From assembly GCA_965198645.1 (NCBI GenBank), contig OZ240670.1, positions 1,608,984 through 1,672,983 on the forward strand: a DNA stretch of 64,000 bases, read 5' to 3'. This document shows positions 57,206 to 64,000 of this stretch, in pieces (position 1 is the first letter of the stretch; each line of letters starts with the position of its first letter). Under the pieces are notes generated by a model. It made no database searches, had not been told where the DNA came from, and saw nothing but the letters and a program-made list of their open reading frames with translations. The position numbers and the translations under genes were made by a program. Source of the stretch: Acidobacteriaceae bacterium (GTDB lineage: Bacteria; Acidobacteriota; Terriglobia; Terriglobales; Acidobacteriaceae).

Positions 57206-59044
57206 TCAAAAGCCCGGTGGGTGCTCTCCAGCGACTCCGAAGGCGCTCTCCAGCGCCATGCCGGCTTCAACCAATCTGCCTTCGTCAAAGAGCCTGCCGA
57301 TGAGCGTGATCCCGTGCGGAACCCGGCGCGGTGGAGAGAAGCGGGGCAGCGGATGCGCGGGGTCAGGCGCCCAGTCGCTGCGCGCCTCGCCTACCTCGAC
57401 AAAGCCGGCGCGCAGGGTGAGCGAGGGCTGGCCGGTGAAGTTTGTGATCACCAGCATCTCGTCGCGGAGTGAAGGCACCAGCAGCAGGTCGACCTGGGTC
57501 AGTAGCTCGGCCATCATGGCGGCGACCTTGCGGCGCAGCCGGTCTGCCTGCACAAAGTCAACTGCTGAGAGAAAACGCGCCTGGCGAAAGCTGTTCGGCC
57601 AAGCGTCTGGCACCTGCGCCTTTAGCTCGTCGACCTTGTGGCTCAGCGTCAGTTCTTCAAACGCAGCCGCCCCCTCCGCAAACAGGATCAGGTTTAATGA
57701 GTCGTAGGGCCAATCCGGAATCGAGACCTCGACCGGCACCATGCCCACCTTGCTGACCGTCTCGAGAGCCGCGCGGTCCACGTCGGTGGCTGGGTTTTCC
57801 TTCATCCACTGAGGAAAGTAGCCGACTCGCAAACCCTTGACACTGGTCGCGGCGTTGAATCGGAGGGTGCTCGGCACAGACGCTACATCGCCGGGGTCAG
57901 GCCCGCTGATCGCCTGCAGCACCAGGATCGTGTCCTCCACCCTGCGCGCCATGGGGCCCAGCTTGTCAAGCGACCAGCAGAGCGTCATCGCGCCGGTGCG
58001 CGGCACGCGGCCATAGGTAGGGCGCAATCCTTCGACTCCGCAGCGCATCGACGGGCTGACGATGCTGCCCCCGGTTTCGCTCCCGATCGCAAAGCCGACC
58101 AGCCCGGCGGCGGTGGCGGCGCCTGGGCCCGCACTGGAGCCGGAGGAACCCTCCTCGAGCAGCCAGGGGTTCCTGGTCTGGCCGCCGAACCAGATATCGT
58201 TAAGCGCGAGCGCACCCAGGCTCAGCTTCGCGACCAGGACCGCACCCGCGGCGTCCAGCCGGTCGACCACCGTCGCATTCGCCGAGGGGACGCGATCCCG
58301 GTAGGGCTCAGCCCCGTAGGTCGTTGGAATACCGGCGGTATCGAGCAGGTCTTTCGCGCCCCAGGGGATGCCGTGCAGCGGTCCTCGATAGTGCCCGGCG
58401 GCGATCTCCGCGTCCGCTCGGCGCGCCTGCTTCAGAGCGTGCTCACGCGTCAGAGTGATGACGCAGTGCAGCTTTGGATCGTAGCGTTCCAGACGATTGA
58501 GGTAGATGGTGGTGAGCCGCTCGGAGGTGAGCTGGCGACTCTCGATCCAGCGGGAGAGCTGCGTGACCGGCGCAAAGGCGATCGCGCTTTCACTTGTCGG
58601 CAGGGGACCTGGGTCAGAGGCGCTCCGGGCAAAGCTGCCGGCTGCGCCAGAGCCGCCTGAAACGGAGCCTGTGCTCCCGCCCGGAAGCACCGGGTTCCAG
58701 ACCGTTGCCGGCGCAAGGGTGGGCTCGAGCGCCAGCCTGCGCGGGCCGGTGCGACGCTCCAGAAGCGGTGCCATGGACACCCGCCAGTTACCCGCTGCCT
58801 CAGCCCGGTCGGCTGCCGTCATCTCGACCTGCACAAGCTTCTCCGCAGCTTCGAAAGTCGCGGAGGAGACCTCGGGTCCAACCGGCGGTGACGTTCCAAA
58901 GGCGGTCGGCGTGCCCGGTGGTGCGGCCTTTTGCGCAGGATCCTGGGCTTGCATCCCGGCCAGGGCTGAGTCGACCCCTGGCAGGGTTGAGCCGAGCACC
59001 GCGAGCGAGCTGTGGGCGAGAAATGTACGACGGGAAGAAGACAT
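57206..59044 (-). CDS. Tat-exported amidase-signature (AS) family amidase
   Basis: Tat signal MSSSRRTFLAHSSLAVLGS. AS motif GSSGSSAGPGAATAAGLVGFAIGSETGGSIVSPS. Confidence 0.85.
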   Translation of the reverse strand: MSSSRRTFLAHSSLAVLGSTLPGVDSALAGMQAQDPAQKAAPPGTPTAFGTSPPVGPEVSSATFEAAEKLVQVEMTAADRAEAAGNWRVSMAPLLERRTGPRRLALEPTLAPATVWNPVLPGGSTGSVSGGSGAAGSFARSASDPGPLPTSESAIAFAPVTQLSRWIESRQLTSERLTTIYLNRLERYDPKLHCVITLTREHALKQARRADAEIAAGHYRGPLHGIPWGAKDLLDTAGIPTTYGAEPYRDRVPSANATVVDRLDAAGAVLVAKLSLGALALNDIWFGGQTRNPWLLEEGSSGSSAGPGAATAAGLVGFAIGSETGGSIVSPSMRCGVEGLRPTYGRVPRTGAMTLCWSLDKLGPMARRVEDTILVLQAISGPDPGDVASVPSTLRFNAATSVKGLRVGYFPQWMKENPATDVDRAALETVSKVGMVPVEVSIPDWPYDSLNLILFAEGAAAFEELTLSHKVDELKAQVPDAWPNSFRQARFLSAVDFVQADRLRRKVAAMMAELLTQVDLLLVPSLRDEMLVITNFTGQPSLTLRAGFVEVGEARSDWAPDPAHPLPRFSPPRRVPHGITLIGRLFDEGRLVEAGMALESAFGVAGEHPPGF

Positions 59045-59172
59045 GCGAATCCTTGGAGGAAAGGTCCTGCGCCTGGTTGTCCCAGCGGACTACAGGTAGA
59101 GTTCAAAGCTGCGCTCCGGGGCGTAGAACGAGGTATACCACTTTCGCTCCCATGCCAGCCGGGATAGCCTAA

Positions 59173-59484
59173 GTGGGTATGCCATTGACCATAGCTGCCA
59201 TCCGTTCAGGCACTGAGCCCTGTGGAAAGCTGCCCGGGGGCGCTTTCCATCGCTGGCTGGAGACCCCGCTCGCCTGCCCGCGGTGTGAGGTGACTTACAA
59301 CCTGGTGGTGGACTGGGACCAGGCGAACGACCGCTGGTTCCGAGACGAATCGCCGGCCTTGATCCAGAGGCTGCGCAAGGCTGTCCTCATGAGCCACGGA
59401 ACCCTGCATCGCGTAACCCACTTTGAGACCTCAGGCGTCACCGTGACCAGCGTGACGCCGGACGCGCCGGCCAAGCAAAAGTAG
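59173..59484 (+). CDS. hypothetical protein with a possible Cys-pair (zinc-ribbon-like) element
   Basis: 103-aa ORF with a GTG start, containing C...CPRC. No family recognised. Confidence 0.35.
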   Translation: MGMPLTIAAIRSGTEPCGKLPGGAFHRWLETPLACPRCEVTYNLVVDWDQANDRWFRDESPALIQRLRKAVLMSHGTLHRVTHFETSGVTVTSVTPDAPAKQK

Positions 59485-59594
59485 GGGCGAGCGAGTCAGG
59501 CCGCTCGATGATGTGCTGGATGGCTATGCTCTCTTCGCGCTGCGCCTTCCAGCGTCGAACGCTCCGGCGCCGGCGAGGCAGCATCTCTCCTAGC

Positions 59595-60245
59595 ATGACC
59601 ACTTATAAGAGCGGTTCCTCCAGCATCGGAATCGAGCAGTACGAGCCCGCGAGCACAACACCTTACGCTGCCTTGATCCTGCTGCACGGTTCCGGCGGCG
59701 CGAGCCGCTACTGGCTGAGCCACTTTGCCCCGATGATGACGCGCATGGGCATGGCCGCCTACGCGCCGCATTACTTCGAAAAGACGAACACGCAGCGCGC
59801 AACGCCCGAGATGATTCTCGACGGAAAGCACTTTGCTCTGTGGCTGGCCGCGCTGCGGGATGCGATCAGCTATGTTGCCGCACGACCCGGTGTCGATGCT
59901 CGCCGGATCGCCGTTCTCGGCGTCTCGCTTGGTGGCTATCTAGCCGTCGCCTTGGCCGCCGAGGAGGCAGCTCGTCTGCGCGCAGTCATTGAGCTTTCCG
60001 GCGGCATGCCGCCAGGCTGGGAGGAAAAACTCTCCTCATCGACGCCGCCTATTCTCATCGTGCATGGTGATCGCGATGACGTGGTTCCAGTGGCGGAGGC
60101 GCACAAGCTGGCTGACGTGCTGAGCCAAAAACAGGTGCGGCATGAGCTCAAGATTTATCCGGGCGAGACACACTGGTTTTCCGCTGGCGTGCAGCCACGA
60201 CTCTTGATGACCTGCGCCACTTTTCTCGCCCAGCATCTGCGCTGA
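59595..60245 (+). CDS. alpha/beta hydrolase (dienelactone-hydrolase-like)
   Basis: LLHGSGG, the nucleophile elbow GVSLGG, HGDRDDVVP, and a late His in ETHWF. ATG at 59595 preferred; the ORF opens at 59508. Confidence 0.7.
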   Translation: MTTYKSGSSSIGIEQYEPASTTPYAALILLHGSGGASRYWLSHFAPMMTRMGMAAYAPHYFEKTNTQRATPEMILDGKHFALWLAALRDAISYVAARPGVDARRIAVLGVSLGGYLAVALAAEEAARLRAVIELSGGMPPGWEEKLSSSTPPILIVHGDRDDVVPVAEAHKLADVLSQKQVRHELKIYPGETHWFSAGVQPRLLMTCATFLAQHLR

Positions 60246-60281
60246 TTCCGCTTGGCACCTGCGCTCACGTCGCGCAGCAAT

Positions 60282-62555
60282 CTAGGCGCTGTGCGACGGC
60301 GGCAGCAGGTTTTCGATTTTGATCGGAAGCTCCCGCACACGCACGCCAGTCGCATGGTAGACGGCGTTCGCGATCGCCGGTGCTACGCCTGCCAACCCGA
60401 TCTCCCCGGCACCGCGTGCCCCGAGCGCGTTCAACACGAAGTCAGGATGATTGAGAAATTCAACCTCGATCTCCGGGCAATCCGCACTGGTCGAGACAAG
60501 GTAATCAGCAAGATTGTTATTCACCGGGTGGCCATTGCGAGGGTCGTAGATCGTCTCCTCAAACAGGCCCATCCCGATCCCCATCACGACTGCACCCTCG
60601 ATCTGATTACGCGCCGCGCTCAGGTTGATGATCTGGCCCACATCGATGACGGAGACGACACGGCTCACGCGAAGTTGCGCTATCTCTCGATCCCACTCTA
60701 CCTCGATGAAGTGCGCGCCGTAGGAGTGTAGCGAGTACTTCTTCATCTCCGCGTCAGCGAACGAGGAGCCGGACTTTCCCTCGCCCGCAACCGAGCGCAG
60801 GTTCACGGTCCGCAGCAGCGTGTCAAACGAGTGGCCGCTTGAGGCGGGCTGCGACTTAAGGTGCACGCGCCCTTCGCTGAACTCCAGCTCCTCCGGCTTG
60901 TTCTTTTGGAAGGGTGCACCCGAACCCTTGATCGACACGGCGATCATCTGTTCGATCGCCGCATCGCACGCGCTTCGGATGGAAGGCAGCACGGAGGCCG
61001 TCGCCCAGGATCCGCCCGACATGGGCCCGGAAGGAAGGGTGCTGTCGCCGAGCGCGACGGTGATCTTCTCGATCGGGATGCCGGTCCAGGCGTTGACCGC
61101 CTGCGCAAAGACGGTGTAGGTGCCGGTGCCGATATCCTGGGTCGCGCAGCTGATTCGAACCTGACCGTCATCGTTAAACGAGAAGCTCGCTTGGCACTCC
61201 ATGCGGAAGGCGCCCCAACTGCAGGCAGCCATGCCCCAGCCCAGCGTCAGATCGTCCTTTTTCATGGAGCCCACGGCCGGTGTGCGGCGAGCCCAGCCGA
61301 ACTTCTCTGCGCCCCGGGTCATGCACTCCTCAAGATGCCGCGACGAGAAGGGTAAGCCATTGCTCTCGTCCTTGGCTGGCTCGTTGAGGATGCGAAGCTG
61401 CACGGGATCCATCTTGAGCGCAATGGCGAGCTCATCCATCGCCGACTCAAGCCCGAAGAGTCCAGGTACCGCGCCCGGCCCACGCATGGCCGTCGGTGTG
61501 CCGAGATTGCGGTCCACCATGGCAGAGCGCACACGAAGATTTGGCGTGCTGTAGAGATACGGCGTGCACTCGGCGCAGTCCTCTGAGACATCATCGAGCA
61601 TCGAGCTGTCGTTGACATACGCGTGCTCAATCGCGGTGAGCCGCCCATCCGGGTTGGCGGCGAGACGAACCTGCTGCTGCGTGCGTGGCCGGTGCCCGAC
61701 GTTGGTGAACATCATGTGCCGGTCGACGACAAACTTGACCGGCCGATTTAGATCGCGTGACACAGCGGCGGTCAGCGGAGCGTGCGACCAAGGCCACAGC
61801 TTACCGCCGAAGCCTGAGCCCAGGAACTTCATCACGATCTGCACCTGCTCAGGCGGAACCCCGAGCATCTGCGCCATCACGGTCTGGTGGTTTTTGAGCG
61901 ATTGTGTCGTCTCGTAGAGTATGTAACGGTGTCCATCCCAATTGGCAACCGAGGCATGCAACTCGATTGGGTTATGGGTTTCGACCGGTGTAATGTAAGT
62001 CTGCTCGAACTTGACCGGCGCCGCAGCAAAGGCCGTATCGACATCGCCGCGCTTGCTGCCTTCCTTCATTGTCGAGGTAAAACCGTCGCTCAGATCGCGC
62101 GCGACGTTCGGCTGTTCGGCGGCGTACTCGACGCGAACCGCGCGCGCTGCTGCGCGTGCCTGGTCCATCGTTTCTGCCACAACGACGGCTACATATTGCC
62201 CGCTGTAGTAGATCTTCTCGTCTTCAAACGCAGGCCGGCGCTCGTCGATGTTGGCGTTGTTGTCGGCCGGGTTTGAGCGATAGAGCTTGGGCGCATTGCC
62301 GTAGCTGTAAACCTTGATCACACCCCGCATCTGCGCGGCCTGCGCGGTGTCCATGCGCGTGATCCTGCCCTTCGCGATCGTCGCGCAGACCGGCACCGCG
62401 TAGGCCATGTGCGGCAGATTGTAGTCAGAAGAGTACTTCGCCAGGCCGCTGGTCTTGAGCGGGCCATCAATGCGCGGGACCCTGGTGCCAAATGTGTTGC
62501 CGACCTTGGTACCGGTTGCGACGCTGCCTTCTTGGGGCTCGATCGTTGCTGCCAT
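60282..62555 (-). CDS. xanthine dehydrogenase-family molybdopterin-binding large subunit
   Basis: RIDGPLKTSGLAKY, FLGSGFGGK, AMRGPG, DIGTGTYT, GAGEIGLAGVAPAIANAVYHATG. Confidence 0.9.
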   Translation of the reverse strand: MAATIEPQEGSVATGTKVGNTFGTRVPRIDGPLKTSGLAKYSSDYNLPHMAYAVPVCATIAKGRITRMDTAQAAQMRGVIKVYSYGNAPKLYRSNPADNNANIDERRPAFEDEKIYYSGQYVAVVVAETMDQARAAARAVRVEYAAEQPNVARDLSDGFTSTMKEGSKRGDVDTAFAAAPVKFEQTYITPVETHNPIELHASVANWDGHRYILYETTQSLKNHQTVMAQMLGVPPEQVQIVMKFLGSGFGGKLWPWSHAPLTAAVSRDLNRPVKFVVDRHMMFTNVGHRPRTQQQVRLAANPDGRLTAIEHAYVNDSSMLDDVSEDCAECTPYLYSTPNLRVRSAMVDRNLGTPTAMRGPGAVPGLFGLESAMDELAIALKMDPVQLRILNEPAKDESNGLPFSSRHLEECMTRGAEKFGWARRTPAVGSMKKDDLTLGWGMAACSWGAFRMECQASFSFNDDGQVRISCATQDIGTGTYTVFAQAVNAWTGIPIEKITVALGDSTLPSGPMSGGSWATASVLPSIRSACDAAIEQMIAVSIKGSGAPFQKNKPEELEFSEGRVHLKSQPASSGHSFDTLLRTVNLRSVAGEGKSGSSFADAEMKKYSLHSYGAHFIEVEWDREIAQLRVSRVVSVIDVGQIINLSAARNQIEGAVVMGIGMGLFEETIYDPRNGHPVNNNLADYLVSTSADCPEIEVEFLNHPDFVLNALGARGAGEIGLAGVAPAIANAVYHATGVRVRELPIKIENLLPPSHSA

Positions 62556-62573
62556 ACGTATCCTCTTCCTTTT

Positions 62574-63575
62574 CTAAGCCGTCGCAGTCGTAAGTGCGCG
62601 CACCAGAGCACGCTGGGCCAGGTCGATCTTGAACGCATTATCAGTCTGCGGTTGCGCGTGCCGGAGCGCTGCCTCGGCCGCGGCCTGGAAGTGCGCCTTC
62701 TCCGCCGGCTTGCCCTCCAGCGCATGTTCCGCCTCAAGCGATCGCCAGGGGCGCGTTCCGACTCCGCCGAGCGCGATCCGCACCTTGCGGACGCGCCCAT
62801 CATCAACCTGGGCGATGACCGCGGCTGAGGCCAGTGCAAACTCGTACGAGGCACGATCGCGCAGCTTCAGGTAAACCGACTTGCTGCCTGCAGCCTGGGC
62901 AGGCAGGGTGACATAGTCGATCAGGTCGCCGGGCATCAGTGCGTTCTCCAGGTGCGGCGTGTCGCCCGGTAGCCTGTAGAACTCGCCGATCGCGATCTCG
63001 CGAGCGCCTTTCACTCCTTGTACATGGATGCGTGCTTCAAGCGCCATCATGGCCACAGCCATGTCTGACGGGTGCGTGGCAATGCAGTGCTCGCTCGTGC
63101 CGAGCACGGCGTGGATGCGGTTGTGTCCGCCGATCGCCGCGCAGCCCGAGCCTGGCGTGCGCTTGTTGCATGCAGCGAACGTGAGATCGCGAAAGTATGT
63201 ACAGCGGGTACGCTGCAGCAGATTGCCGCTGGTCGTCGCCATGTTGCGCAGCTGCGCCGAGGCGCCCGAGAGTAGAGCCTGCGAGAGTACAGGGTAGTCG
63301 CGCAGCACGTTTGGATCATGGGCCAGGTCGGCGTTGCGTGCCAGCGCCCCTACCTGCAGCGAGCCGTCCGGATTACGACTGACGTTGGCCAGCGCAAGCC
63401 GGTTGATATCGACGACCTGGCGCGGGATCTCGACGTCAAGCTTCATCAGATCAACGAGCGTGGTGCCGCCTGCGACAAAGCGCACTGTCGCACCCTGCTG
63501 CGCGGTGGGCGAAGTCGCAGCTAACTCGGTCGCCTGTCCCAGGCTGGTGGCCTTGGTGAGCGTGAAGTCAATCAT
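62574..63575 (-). CDS. xanthine dehydrogenase-family FAD-binding medium subunit (CoxM-like)
   Basis: [22 protein letters not shown], and a C-terminal CO_deh_flav_C-like domain. 4-nt overlap with the FeS subunit gene. Confidence 0.85.
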   Translation of the reverse strand: MIDFTLTKATSLGQATELAATSPTAQQGATVRFVAGGTTLVDLMKLDVEIPRQVVDINRLALANVSRNPDGSLQVGALARNADLAHDPNVLRDYPVLSQALLSGASAQLRNMATTSGNLLQRTRCTYFRDLTFAACNKRTPGSGCAAIGGHNRIHAVLGTSEHCIATHPSDMAVAMMALEARIHVQGVKGAREIAIGEFYRLPGDTPHLENALMPGDLIDYVTLPAQAAGSKSVYLKLRDRASYEFALASAAVIAQVDDGRVRKVRIALGGVGTRPWRSLEAEHALEGKPAEKAHFQAAAEAALRHAQPQTDNAFKIDLAQRALVRALTTATA

Positions 63576-64000
63576 CCGATGCTCCTTGTCGCCGGCGGCT
63601 GGTGCAGACGCGCAGCGGCTTGCTCGGCTGGTGTCTGTCCGCGCACCTGGCGGATCGCGGCAACGATATTCGGGTAGGCGCCGCAGCGGCAGATGTTACC
63701 CGCCATGGCTTCTTTAATGTCGCGATCGGTGTTGCCCCATGGTTCCTTGACCATCGCGACCGCCGACATGATCTGGCCCGAGGTACAGTAGCCGCACTGG
63801 TAGCCATCATGCTCCACGAAGGCAGCCTGCATGGCGTGCAGGTCACCGGGCTTGCCGATGCCTTCAATGGTGGTGATCTCGTCGCCCTCGTGCATCGAGG
63901 CGAAGCTCAAGCAGCTGTTCACCCTGCGGCCATTGACATGCACCGTGCAGGCGCCGCACTGGCCGTGATCGCAGCCCTTCTTGGTGCCGGTCAGGTCCAG
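63572..64000 (-). CDS. (2Fe-2S)-binding small subunit of the XDH-family enzyme, truncated at the right window edge
   Basis: The reverse complement up to 64000 reads [24 protein letters not shown]..., followed by [10 protein letters not shown] and CRCGAYPNI. The N-terminus lies outside the window. Confidence 0.85.
   Translation of the reverse strand: MDLTGTKKGCDHGQCGACTVHVNGRRVNSCLSFASMHEGDEITTIEGIGKPGDLHAMQAAFVEHDGYQCGYCTSGQIMSAVAMVKEPWGNTDRDIKEAMAGNICRCGAYPNIVAAIRQVRGQTPAEQAAARLHQPPATRSIG

Overview
High-GC bacterial chromosomal segment. Lines I counted by hand are about 60% GC or higher, with several islets near 50%. Gene content and protein signatures look Acidobacteriota/Terriglobia-like, but that is inference only. 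I found no CRISPR array, rRNA, intact IS element or integrase.

Layout:
- 0-22 kb: mostly housekeeping. It holds a purB fragment, tadA, the aguA-aguB polyamine genes, an MFS efflux pump, an Opu/Yeh-type osmoprotectant ABC operon, gap-ridA-pgk-tpiA, ribA, an orphan LytS-type kinase, bshA, a PP2C phosphatase, a YdjC-family deacetylase and tRNA-Val(TAC).
- 23.6-44.2 kb: a large envelope-polysaccharide region. It has a Wzc-like tyrosine autokinase, a Wza-like exporter, a Wzy-like membrane protein and a secreted Ser/Gly/Ala-rich unknown. It also has ugd, a GDP-mannose-3,5-epimerase homologue, a GT9 heptosyltransferase and the complete ADP-heptose pathway (hldD, gmhB, gmhA, hldE). A nucleotide-sugar dehydrogenase and a large priming phosphoglycosyltransferase close the region.
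- 44.9-48.5 kb: ribBA with a degenerate cyclohydrolase domain, followed by an orphan molybdopterin hydroxylase subunit.
- 48.8-55.3 kb: a second polysaccharide or glycolipid module. It has a 911-aa OPX exporter and a small priming transferase. Converging on them is a GT2 co-transcribed with a B12-binding radical SAM enzyme.
- 55.6-64 kb: Tat-exported oxidoreductase and amidase, then a complete XDH/CoxSML-type operon that runs off the right edge.

Most interesting items:
- the GT2 plus B12-radical-SAM pair
- a stand-alone Pnkp-like polynucleotide kinase fused to a long disordered N-terminus
- a low-GC islet carrying a secreted-protein reading frame interrupted by an in-frame TGA
- an orphan Imm53-like immunity gene inside a housekeeping operon
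- a RibBX-like degenerate riboflavin gene
- a 1.15-kb apparently non-coding stretch between tRNA-Val and the polysaccharide locus

All family assignments come from motif recognition by eye and memory. No database search was run.
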